The notes below the pieces were generated by a model. That model did not search any database. It had not been told where the DNA came from and saw nothing but the letters and a program-made list of their open reading frames with translations. A DNA stretch of 64,000 nucleotides from the human T2T-CHM13v2.0 reference genome, Homo sapiens, in the NCBI RefSeq assembly GCF_009914755.1, contig NC_060932.1; one strand, given 5' to 3'. The translations under genes and the position numbers were made by a program. Position 1 is the stretch's first letter. Each line of letters opens with the position of its first letter. This document shows, in pieces, positions 14,157-26,863 of the stretch.

Positions 14157-14990
14157 AGTAGGTCAGAACCTTCTAGTTTTGTGAATTCAATCTTTTTAAC
14201 TAATAAAATCAATTGTGGGAAAACAAGAAGCAGGATCAATGAACACTGTAAATTTTACACATCTACATCACCTAAAGAGGTCAAGAGAAGACAAACATGT
14301 ACTGTATAGATAAATCAACGTCATCCTAAATTCTCAGCAATGTACTGAGCGCTCACGAAGTCTACAACAAGGTATAAGGTAAAACACAGGAGGAGGGGCC
14401 ACTATAATAAAAGACACTTCAACTAAAAGCAAAAAGAACAACTTGTTAGGCCCATTTTCTACCTGGGATGCAAATATGGGGGCCTTCCTGACTCACTGCA
14501 CCCGACCAATGCTGTTGTTATGTTTCAGGGGCATCTTTAGTTGCCCTAAAAAAAAAAAAAGATCAGATCTTGATCTACCTCAGAAACAATCTGTAACCAA
14601 TTCAAAAACTGGACCTCCTTAACCTTCACACCTCCACCAGCAAATTAAAGAGCCATCTCCGAATGTGTCACAGCACACATCACATCAGACACTTTGGTTG
14701 CTATGATTTTTAAGCATGGCAAAGTTACAACTTGAAATACTACATAAAATTTTAAACTTAAGTCCCACAATAGTTTTAAATATAAAAATTACCATTATCT
14801 GCAGCTCATCAGTCCAATAGGACAAAGGATATTCTAGAGAACATCTTTTTTTTTTAACTTTCTAAGATGATAACCTTTTAGAGAAAAATACTGCTTTCAG
14901 TTAATTACATAAAGCTATTATAATGACTACTGCTCTTTTGGGATACGGCCTTTCCATGCATCTTAATAGCTAATAAAGTAGTTTACTCAC

Positions 14991-15066
14991 AAACAGGAAA
15001 GCTAAACATCAAAAACAGATGTAAAGATAATTAACAGCAACAACTAAAAGCATTTGATTTCTGATC
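14991..15066 (-). other. Candidate cryptic exon (76 nt)
   Basis: tcttatttgtctag|GATCAG...CCTGTTT|gtgagt. Confidence 0.3.
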
Positions 15067-15270
15067 CTAGACAAATAAGATTTATATTAATGTAATACAG
15101 AAACATGGATCTCCTGTAGTACAGGTGTCATTAAAATATACACCTAATTTGCACATTTTTAAGAACATCCATTTTTTAAAATAAGTGATGGAGGGCAAGA
15201 AACTGCAAAAAATATGTTAAAGAATTTAAATTTTCTTTTTATAATCGTTATTGCATACTTTTATACTTAC

Positions 15271-15331
15271 TTCCTGAGGAAATTATAATTTACTTCAGCT
15301 GTGGTTTTAAGTATTTCCACACCTGATTTTT
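15271..15331 (-). other. Candidate cryptic exon (61 nt)
   Basis: actttattttcag|AAAAATCAG...CAGGAA|gtaagt. Confidence 0.33.
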
Positions 15332-15784
15332 CTGAAAATAAAGTTATGCCATGAATTTGTCTATATAAAATGGACTTAAATATGAGAGAATGAAAGTTTA
15401 TTTTTATGCTCTAAGTATATATAAAGCCTGGACATAATTACACGTGGCTTAAAGTATACTCTAATTGGCACCCTTGAATTACCCAGGAACCACCTTTGAC
15501 TACAGGCATTTGCTAGTATGTATCTCCCAAGTTTAAGGAAATCAAATGCCATCTTTAAGTAAACAATAAAAAAAAAAAAAACACAAAAAAACAAATCTGA
15601 TTTAATCTAACAAAAATTGGAAAGAAAACAAAAATAATGGCATTACTACATACAGGGTTTAATGTAACTGCATATTCCTAGTCCCAAAATACATCAAATA
15701 CATTTACATATTTTTAATGTGACCACAAAAGTACAACACATATTTACTACAATGTAATCTTTCCATATAGAATATGATTCAGTT

Positions 15785-15921
15785 GGACATAGTGGCAGTG
15801 GCTGCACGTCTGTAGTCCCAGCTACTTGGGAGGCTGAGGCAGGAGGATCACCAGAGTCCAGGAGTTTGAGTCCAGCCCAGGCAACATAGCAACACCCCAT
15901 CTCTTACAAATAAAACAAAAA
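15785..15921 (+). mobile_element. FLAM monomer
   Basis: Single left-arm Alu monomer with A-rich tail. Confidence 0.82.
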
Positions 15922-16153
15922 GAACATGACCAAAATTATTTCTTCTGTTGAAAAATATACTCAGTACAATCTCACTTTTTGTATCCTCAAACTTAGTTGA
16001 TCTCTACATTATTCTAACAGTTATCTAAGAAGACAACACAACCTCCTCTTCACATCTAACACAATTCACAGTACAAAATCGAGAGTATCTTTGTCTCCCC
16101 TCATGCAAAGAGAGACGATGCAAATAGAAGGCGTCCATCACTAAGTCCACTAG

Positions 16154-16643
16154 TGTAGGGCTGTCCTGTTCCCTGTGCTTTCATTCTATGTCCTGACCAA
16201 ATACCAGAGTGCTTTGACCGCTCTGTGACCCAGCCACGTGCAGGTTTTCCCTAGCAAGCTTGAACTCAGTATGGAGCCTTAAACATTCCCAGGCATTGAT
16301 AAAGGTATCTAAGTTGCTGCACAAAACACTAAAAGAAACTAGCCCTAGACCTGAGACAAATTCCTCAAACTCTCATAAAAACTCCACACCTTAATCCCCT
16401 TGCTGCAGACATACCTAGAGAGAACACCGCCCCACTCCTTTTTGCTGTCTGTCACAAGGATTGTCGCAATCCTCTGTAAGTTTCCCCAATAAATGCTCTA
16501 GACTGATCACCCTGGTGTTTAGTACTTCTTTCTTTAGAATCCCAACCAGCCCCATCTCAGGATAATCTGGAGCACTCCCTTGTGGGAACTGCCCTGCCAC
16601 TGCTTTGGGGGCAACTCCAGCCTCAGCTCAGTGGTACAAAACA
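16154..16643 (+). mobile_element. Solo LTR, ERVL class (LTR47-like)
   Basis: TG...CA ends, cataaaaactcc TATA-like box, AATAAA near 16488, and the motif aacattcccaggcattgataaaggtatct. The family name is from memory. Confidence 0.7.
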
Positions 16644-16844
16644 AAGAGCTTCAGCTGAGGAAACAACTCCGCACCACCCCTTGGGTAAATGTCTGGCAGC
16701 AGCCACAGTATGTCCTAAAATAAAAACAGCCATCATGATTACTGTACAAATGCCATGCAAACATTTGACCAAGCTTTGTTATCCTCTTCTTCTCAATAAA
16801 ATCCACTTATAAACTGACTCGTTTTCATAATCAAAATATTTTAC

Positions 16845-16960
16845 CTAGGTGTGGTGGTGCATGCCTGTAATGTCAACTACTCAGGAGGCTAAGGCAGGAG
16901 GATCGCTTGAGCCCAAGAGTTCAAATCCAGACTGGGCAATACAGTAAGACCCCATTCTCA
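16845..16960 (+). mobile_element. FLAM monomer
   Basis: ggcaggaggatcgcttgagcccaagagttc monomer. Confidence 0.8.
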
Positions 16961-18223
16961 GTATTTTTTTTTTTGAAAAAAGAATATTTTTGCATAAAAA
17001 GTCACACCCTGCTTTCCTCCCCTCTTCCATCTTCTTACGTGAATAAAAGTAGGGTTGGGGAAGAAAAGGAAAGGGCTGGGGGCAAACAAAGGATACATCT
17101 TCTTCAACAGTCTGAACAATCTTCCAGATGCATACACAATAAACTTTATCATCTAATGAATAAAAGTATATCCTAACCTTTAAATCCAGAGACTTATTCT
17201 AAACATTTAAAGCCAGATTCGAAAAAACTATACATTTTATTTTTAAATGTTTACTAGTTCAAAATTTTTCATTCAAGAAATTGCAAAAAAATTAATGACA
17301 AGCATACATAAGTGATCAAAGTTTTCCCACATCTATCACTGCTATTGATATGTGTACTATACAAGTTCAGCTCTATATACTGCAAGTTCAGCTCTAACAA
17401 TGATCAAGTCTCATCTGCCCCTAGTCCATCAAAAGATGATAGATTTAGGATCCAGTTTCCACACAAATCCAACAGGTAGCCTTCATCAACCCTACAGGCC
17501 CAGAATAAAATTATCATTTGGGGTTGCACAAATCTTCCACAGTCAAATATTACATACCATTCTGGCCATGTGGCCTAGAAGTCACATCTAGTCCCTCATT
17601 CTAGGTCACCTATGTCATACATATACCCAAACACCATTATTCTACCAGGATTTTTTTTATTTCAAAGCTGTTGTCACTAGGAGATAAAAACTAGGTAGTA
17701 TGTACACATTTATTCACTTTATGGTAAATCATTTCGTAAAAGGCTTATACAATGAAAAATTATTTTGATATTTGTCCTGCTCTGGCATTAACTATTTATT
17801 AGTGATAATCTCGATGTCACAAATTAAGAAAGAAAGATACCTTTTAAAAGGGAGAGACTGAGTTACTAAAATTTACATCAAAATCTAGGCGAAGTGCCAA
17901 AAACAACTCCAAATCACCAAGGAATCATCTGAAAGATGAGTGGGGAAAAATGAACAGAAGAACAGAGTAGAGCACGGGGCCTGGCCCACGGAAGGCACTC
18001 AACTGTGTCGAATGAAAGAATAAATCCATTTACTTTTCTTGATTCACATTCACTCATCACTAGCTCCAGCTACACTTACTGTTCGTATTGACATATCCTA
18101 ACATATCCCTGATAGGATGGGCAAGTAATAAATACAGACTTTTGCTTGAAGAACTTGGGATTAACAGTTATGTTCATGATGAAAAACACAACATCCTGTA
18201 CAACAGGAAAGAAACACTACTTT

Positions 18224-18440
18224 GCATTTGGGAGGCCGAGGCGGGTGGATCACCTGAAGCCAGGAGTTCGAGACCAGCCTGGCCAAAATAGTGAAACAAA
18301 AAAATTGGCCAGGTGTGGATGGCGCCACTTGAGAGACTCAGGCAGGCCTGAACCCGGGAAACGGAGCTTGCAGTGAGATGAGATAGTGCCACTGCACTCC
18401 AGTCTGGGTGACAAAGCGAGACTCTGTCTCAAAAAAAAAA
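18224..18440 (+). mobile_element. Truncated and internally deleted AluS
   Basis: tttgggaggccgaggcgggtggatcacctga...gactctgtctcaaaa. Confidence 0.85.
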
Positions 18441-18543
18441 GACTAAAGAGTCATGACTATATATTACAAGTGATTCCAGACAGGATCCTGTATCAAGGGT
18501 AAGAACTGCTATAAGGGACATCACTTGCCAAAATATGACCATG

Positions 18544-18646
18544 GTCTACAGCCATGCCATCCAATCTCAAAAGCTAAGCAGCGTGGGGCCTGGTTAGTAG
18601 TATTGGGATTGGGAGGCTGCCTGAAAATACTGGGTGCTGTAGGCTT
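18544..18646 (+). pseudogene. 5S rRNA processed pseudogene (RNA5SP type) with an ~20-nt internal deletion
   Basis: gtctacagccatgcca...aagctaagcagcgtggggcctggttagta...gggtgctgtaggctt aligns with 5S rRNA. It has an A-rich tail and a TSD-like pair aatatgaccatg / aatatgaacatg. Confidence 0.93.
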
Positions 18647-18676
18647 AAAATAAAATTGTTTTTTTAATATGAACAT

Positions 18677-18980
<304 letters not shown>

Positions 18981-19684
18981 TAAATTCAACATGTGTAATA
19001 CAACAATCACACACATAAATTCAACTGAAATGAACACAATATGAACAGCTATCCCAAGTTCATGCAATGACAAGTGAACCATGAATGACTGCCACCTGGG
19101 CTACACCAACCGGAACTGTCACCAATTCTAAAAAGCGTACCAGCACACTTTTAAGCCTTCAAAACCAGGGTTAAGTTAATGAAGACATTCCCAGAGAAAA
19201 ATACAGGGATGGAGTGAGACAATAAAATATAAAAAGCAGAACAATCAGCAATCTCCCTCCTGTTCCCAAACACCAAATGTCAAAGAGGCTACCATTAGAT
19301 ATTTACTGTGTGATCAACACACAAATAGTTCTCTGCAGAGGCTGTAATAAACAGGTCTCATCTGCTGGAGACAGTGTCTCAAGACACAGAAGAGCATATG
19401 CATTAAATAAACAAAAAGCAACTTAGGAAGCCCTACTGTAATGCACCTTATTCTATCACTGATTCTATTAGTGCCACACATTATAGTATATCCTGAAGAT
19501 CGTAAAATGATGAGCTCATCATTTAAAATAAACTGATTTTTAAACGAAAATTAGAACATACAACTTTCTACTTTGATTCCACTCCTACTCACTGTTGTGG
19601 CTTTTTAACCAAGAGTTTATTGGGAAAAAAAATGCTAAATGGCTGCTCCACAGGACATCAACAAGTACCACAAAGTAGTAATGA

Positions 19685-20158
<474 letters not shown>

Positions 20159-20601
20159 ACTTACTATGTACATTCTTAATTCTAGCAGTTTAAAACATAA
20201 ATGTACCCTACCATTATAGCTCATTAACTATTAACTAAAAGATGGAGCTGAAGACTGCATAGTTTCATCAATATAAGAAATAGCATTTTTATTTATAACG
20301 CTGATAAAACTATTTTTCTCCAGAGCTACAAGAACTTGAGCAACAAATACTAAAATAACTTTTAAACATCTTTTATTTCTGCTAATTATATGACCTTTAT
20401 AATATACAATCTCATTATACAAAGACAAATATAAAGCCTTTAGGCCACAAATAAATCAGATTACATAAATGAATCAAGGACTTCAAGACTGTTTTCAAAA
20501 GCAGTGTCTACACTGAAATCTACTTCACTTCAACTTTGGTGGTACCTAATCCAGACAAATAAATGTTGATCCAGCTGGAAAGAAAATTTGAGCTCTAATG
20601 A

Positions 20602-20645
20602 GTGCGTGCGTGTGTGTGTGTGTGTGTGCGCGCATATATGTGTGC
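20602..20645. repeat. Alternating purine-pyrimidine (GT/GC)n tract
   Basis: gtgcgtgcgtgtgtgtgtgtgtgtgtgcgcgcatatatgtgtgc. Confidence 0.92.
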
Positions 20646-20750
20646 AAGAGTATATGGATAATATCTGTTTGCATATAAGTCACTTTTTCTTCTCTTTAAA
20701 GTTTTATTTCTTGAGGCATAACGTGCACAATAAAAACATCAGGTGGATGG

Positions 20751-21147
20751 TGATAAGGACTGGATCTGTTTCCCAGCCAAATCTCATGTTGAAATGTAGT
20801 CCCCAGTGTTGGAAGTGCAGCCTGGTAGGAGGTGTTTGGATCACGGGGGCGTATTCCTCATGAATGGCTTAGTGCCATTCCCTTGGTGACAAGCGAGTTC
20901 ATGTGAGATCTGGTTGTTTAAAAGTGTATGGCACCTCCCACTCTCTCTCTTGTTCTCTCTTGCCATGTGACGCATCTGCTCCCACTTCACCTTCCATCAT
21001 GAGTAAAAGCTCTCCGACGCCTCCCTGGAAGCCGGTGCCATGTTTCCTGTACAGCCCGCAGAACAGTGAGCCGATTAAACCTCTTTTCTTTACAAATTAC
21101 CCAGTCTTGGGTATTTCTTTATACCAACGCAAGAACAGCCTAATACA
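20751..21147 (+). mobile_element. MST (MaLR) solo LTR
   Basis: tgata...ccaaatctcatgttgaaatgta...aattacccagtc...ctaataca. Confidence 0.9.
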
Positions 21148-21910
21148 AGTGGGTCTGTGTAACCACCACCACGCTGAAGACACAGACTATTTCCATCACC
21201 CCAAGAAGTGCCCCCATGCTCTTTTATACTCAATTCTCTCTTCCGCCCCAGGCAACCACTGATTTTATTTCTGTTCTTACAGATTTGACTTACCAAAATG
21301 TTATATAAATGAAATCACAGTTATATGGAGTTTAGTGTTTTCACTTAGTAGACTGCTTTGAAGATCTGCCCATTTTGTTAGGTGCGTCAGCAGTTAGTTC
21401 CTTTTTATTGCTGTATAGGATTCCATTGTATAGGTGTACCAAAATCTGTTTATCCATTTACCAACTGATGGATATTTGAGCTGTCTCCAGTGATTACGAA
21501 TAAAGCTGCTATAAATGTTCACATAGAGGTCATTGTAAGAAAATGTTTTCATTTCTCTTGAGTAAATATTTAGAAGTAGGACTGCTGGGTTGGGTGACAA
21601 GTCTATGTTCAACTTCATAAGAAAGTGCCAAACTGATTTCTTTAGCAATCATAACATTTTGCACTTCCACCAGCAAAGCAGGAGAGTACTAACTGTCTCA
21701 CATTCTTGTCATGTGGCACTGTCACCTTCTTTTTGGTTTTTAACATCAGCCATTCTAATAGGGTTGCAATGATATCTCGTGTGGTTGTAATTTACATTTC
21801 CTAACGACTACTAATGTGGAACATCTTTTTGTGTGCTTACTCTCATTCATATGAAATGGATGAAATGTCTGTCCAAATCTTTTGGCCACTTTTTCATTGA
21901 AATTTTTATT
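21148..21910 (-). mobile_element. L1MB/L1MC 3' fragment (host of the MST LTR)
   Basis: ccccaggcaaccactgat, tttatccattta, gaataaagctgctataaa. Confidence 0.85.
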
Positions 21911-22419
21911 GAGACACCTATCTTTTTTAATCAGACAGTTTATCAAAGAAAAAATGCTGAAGTGTTTGTATATTTTGTTAAACCATTTGGAATTCATGAG
22001 TACTGGGTAAAAATCTAAACTGCCTACTTGCCACCCCAACTCACAACACTATGATATGCAAAGACGGATTGAAAGAAAAAACACTCATCCCCGTCTCTTC
22101 CTTTCTCTGAAGGTAAGATCCTATGCAAAGTTGCCTGCCCACTTTCAGAATCAGGAAATCAAAATTTTCCCTGTTTTGACGAGTATTTTATGAAACTACA
22201 CTCTTCCCTCAGTATAAGCCAGCAACACAGATGATTAAGAAATTTGCAAGGCTTTGCAGAAATACTGCATTTTAACACGACTGATACATTTTAAAAGGAA
22301 GTACAATAATAGAGGGGAAAGGGTCACTGGCAATTCAGTAGGTGGCACTATTCTTCTCTCTGTTAAATGTATGACTCCCAATTGTGCACTGTGGTTAACC
22401 TTAAGGCCTAAGCTTTACT

Positions 22420-22590
22420 GTAAGGAAATGGAGAACTTGATACTGCCACGAGGAATCTTGGACTGTCTTCTTAACTTCTCTAAGCCCAGTTTCTCATCTG
22501 TAAAATGAGAATAGTAATCAAAACCTTACTGAGCTGCTGTAAAGAATTAAGATTTGAATTAACACAATGACTGACACATGACAGCGATTA
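22420..22590 (+). mobile_element. MIR
   Basis: cccagtttctcatctgtaaaatgagaatagtaat. Confidence 0.78.
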
Positions 22591-22965
22591 CGATTTATGA
22601 CTATTTCCTTCAGCCGCGACTCCTGAATCACAGTGCAAATAAAGACCAGAAGGATGTGCTCTTCACAAAACTGAGTAAAAAGTCAAAGCTTCAGCCGGCA
22701 AGTAATATTTGTGTACAGCGCACCCACTGAACATAACGGCCTGACCATCCATGAGAAGTCCCATGCATTTACACAAAAAGTACTCTAGAGTTTGCAATCA
22801 TGAAGACCACTTGTGAACCTTATTTCTTAGCATTTTGCTTCAGCATTTCAAACTGAGCAATGCTTCTTTTAGAAAGGTACTCATCTCTTGGTTTTTCAGT
22901 ATCTCATTATTGTTGGCTTAATTTTCTCTATATAGCTACGCCATATAGACGAAAGTTGTGCTTAC

Positions 22966-23070
22966 ATGCCTCAATGACATTTTTCCAACTTCCCTGCTTG
23001 CCCTCTCTCCAATTTGGCCAAACACGGAGCAGCTTCTTAAATTTCCTGTTGTCGTTCATCTTGTTCTTGC
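22966..23070 (-). other. Candidate alternative leader exon (105 nt) with an upstream ATG
   Basis: cttcagttttcag|GCAAGAACAAGATGAAC...GAGGCAT|gtaagc. The body is purine-rich and one frame is open. Confidence 0.5.
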
Positions 23071-23283
23071 CTGAAAACTGAAGTGGTACTACAGCACTCA
23101 TTCCTGCACTGATGAATTGGCTTGGATAGTTAGATGCCAAGATTATTAAGTTTTTGTAACCAATGCGTAAAGATTTTTCCGTAAATCAATATATAAAATC
23201 AACAGTTTAAGGTTATCACTTGAATTCAAGTGTTCCTGATATATCCTATGTTCAGGTTTTAGGACATTAATAATTTACCATCA

Positions 23284-23596
<313 letters not shown>

Positions 23597-23615
23597 TATA
23601 TCAATGTTTAACATT

Positions 23616-23710
23616 CTGATTGTCACAATTCCCATTTAAACTTTTTTAAAGCTCCTCAGGGCCTGATTGTCACAATTCCCATTTAAACTTTTTTAAAAGC
23701 TCTTCAGGGC
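23616..23710. repeat. Tandem duplication, 47/48-bp unit x2
   Basis: ctgattgtcacaattcccatttaaacttttttaaagctcctcagggc repeated with 2 differences. Confidence 0.95.
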
Positions 23711-24589
23711 AAAGTCAATAAGTTAATATACATATAATCTAAGAAGGTAACACAACACAGGCTTTTCAAGTCACCAAAAAATAAAAGATCACTTCCATCT
23801 CCATGCTTTTTCTGGCACCATTTTCACTACCTAGAATGCTCTTCCTCAACTCTAGTTTCTCCTTAACACAATTCCCCAAGAAGACATCATCTCCATTCCT
23901 CCTCTGTCCTTCCCATCAGTTTTTTCAATCAGTATTTTCTACTCACCTGTCTTACCTGTTCTCGCCTTATTTTTGCTGGTACCACAGGTTTCTCCACCCT
24001 GGTACCATTTACAGCAGGTCTAGAGAGCAACCTCTCTAGACTGAAGCAGGGAAAAGGAGAAGGAAAGCTCCAGGAGGGGTGTGTCTAGGGGGTGAAGACA
24101 AAATGAATACACTTGACTGCATGGAAACTAATTGAGAGGCCCTACTTACAGAGCTGTCAGAGTAGGAAACCTTAGCCAGACCTAAGAATATTAAGCAAAC
24201 AAGAGGGACAACTGCAATTTTCAGTCCAAGAAAACAAGAAAAACAAAGCTGAACAAGAAATGCAACCATACTACTTCAATTGGCTCAATACTGAGTTATG
24301 TTTAAAAGTCAAAATAATTAAAAACGAAAATACGGATCTAAACAAAAACTGTTCTAGAACTACACGAGGAAGATGGGGGAGAGGAAAGACCACGTAAGAG
24401 AGAGAAAATCCCTACCTACCATGATAGGAGTTCAGTATATAACTTTTTCTAAAATTGATGGAGCAATGACTAGTAAACAAATACTATTAGGAAACAAGAA
24501 TGTAAAAGCTAAAATCAACACCTAAAACAGATTATTTCCGTTGCTTCTGGGAAGCAGATGGAAGACCGGACAGGAGCCTGTGGTTTCCC

Positions 24590-25450
24590 GCATGAATACA
24601 CCCATCTCCTTTGTATTTAGCTCAAATCTCACTTTTGCAGTGAGGCTTATTATGACTACCCTATTTAGACCTCAAATTCACTCATACTATGGCATTACTT
24701 TTTTCTCATCCCACGTCCCACCTTCCAGTACATTACATAATGTACTCATTTGCTTATTATTTTTTTATTATCTGCTTCCCTACACTACACAGACTCTGTT
24801 TGGTCTACTGATACATCTATCTAAAGCAATTAGAACCATGCCAAGCACTTAGTAAAAGTTCAACAAACATTTCCTGAATTGTAAAGTCATAGTTCAAACC
24901 AATCTTTGACCAATATTACTAACTCCCACTGTCCTTCCAATAAACAAGCCTGGAAAAAAGTCCATTTCATGATTCAATACAAATATTAGGACAACTTATA
25001 CCAGACTACACCTGGACTGCTGAGAGCCAGCACCAGACAAAACATCATTAACTAAAAAAATTCGTACATTCTAATTTAACTGTCACCAATCTCAGTTGAA
25101 CCACAACACTCCTAGGCAAGCCTTCTCCACCCCTGCTTGGCTCTGTCCTCACTATCCCTATTTCAAACCTCCTCCACTATCATCAAATCTCCAACCCCAG
25201 CATTGCTTTTTCCACTCCTTCTTAGGAGATGACTTCAAATCCTACTTTAGAGAAATACAGAAGGCATTATAAAAGAACTACCTCAACTATCCCCACATCA
25301 TCATGCTACAAACAATGTCTCAATAAATATTTGTTCAATAAATGAGGAAACTGAGGATAAGAAAAATAAAATGTTTTGACCAAAGTTCCACAGCTAAAAG
25401 TGGCAGCACCAAAGTCTGAACTCGAGCTCATCTAACTCTAAAACTAGCCA
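24590..25450. mobile_element. L2 fragments (+) and MIR (-)
   Basis: caacaaacatttcctgaat and ctcaataaatatttgttcaat L2 ends, and atgaggaaactgagg MIR core. Confidence 0.6.
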
Positions 25451-26863
25451 CACAGCAAACCAACATATCACTCCACCACTTAAAATCCTCACCCTACAGA
25501 TCAACATGCCACCCCACCTCCTAAAATCCTCAGTGGTTTCAACTTCAAGGTGGTAGAGTAATGAGTTTTATTCCTGTGAAGACTTCAATGAAACTGAAGT
25601 ATGCAAGTTTTTTTTTTTAAAGGTAAATAAGAGGAAGGGAAGAGCCACCAAAAGATGAGAATTCAACAAATATCTAGCTATTAAAGAGGAGCTACACGCA
25701 CAGTGATGTGTAAAACAGAGACAAAACTCAAGTGAATCTTGATGAGGCTTTGGGCCTGGCCATGAGGTATTGGGGAGGGCTGATGTTAATAGCCAGGGGT
25801 GAAAACAGGGTTTAACTGACTAGTTGTGCCCAGGCTAACTCAGCATTTACCCTCGGACAAAAAATAATAATAATAATAATTTTTTAAAAATCCCAAGGGG
25901 CTATTTCTCTAGAAAATAAAGCAAAGGTTTCTGGTATAGGTGTTAACAACCTTACAGTAAAACTCTCCTTTATTTTGTTATTTAGGGGCCCACAGACTAA
26001 AAGCATGCTGAAGCAAAGTACTTCAGTTCTGAATTCCTACCAGGGGCTAAATCTAACTCCGAAAAGTAGCTAGACCTGCTTCCCTATACACTTACAGACA
26101 ATAAAGGATCATCAGACATACAGGGAATACCACCTTCATGAAAAAGAAACAAATACCGGAGAAAACAAAGAGAAAAACTGGCCTTGAAAGAAAGCTAAGC
26201 TGGGAAAGCTCAAGAAAACTTAAAATTAAAAATAATAAACTAGTTTTAGAGTTCAACCCATGAGCAGTCCCCAGAACACTTGTAGTTGCAGATAAAATAC
26301 AAATGTAAAAATCCCAACATAAAAGAAATAACAAAAACAAAATATGAGGCAGAACAGGGAGACATGCTGGAACTGGGGGGAAGGGTCAATATTTAGGGCA
26401 ATACTATCTTTATCTTAAAAGGAATCAAGATATTGACATGAATCAATAACCCAAGCAAAGGAAAGATATTGGTAAAATTACAACAGAAGACTTCTAAAAG
26501 AAAAATACACATATCAACTATTTAACAATAAGTAATGCAGGAAGAGATATGGGGAATAACATAAATAAGCTAAACCTATATCCCAAATCAGAAAATCAAC
26601 AGGTCATTTAAAACAGAGAAGTCACAAATGATAAAGTTTAACATACAATACAGTCAGCCATCCACGTCAGCGGGTTCCACATCCAGATTCAACCAACCAT
26701 GGATCTAAAATATTTGAGGAAAAAAATGAATGACTGCATCTATACCGAGCATGTACTGATGCTTTTCTTGTCATTATCCCCCAAATAATACAGTATAACA
26801 ACTATTTGCAAAGGATTTACATTGTATTCGGCAATATAAGCAATCTAGAGATGATTTAAAGTA

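Noticed and set aside
18544-18646. Functional 5S rRNA gene
   Set aside because: It has an internal deletion, many substitutions, an A tail and a TSD, so it is a retroposed pseudogene.
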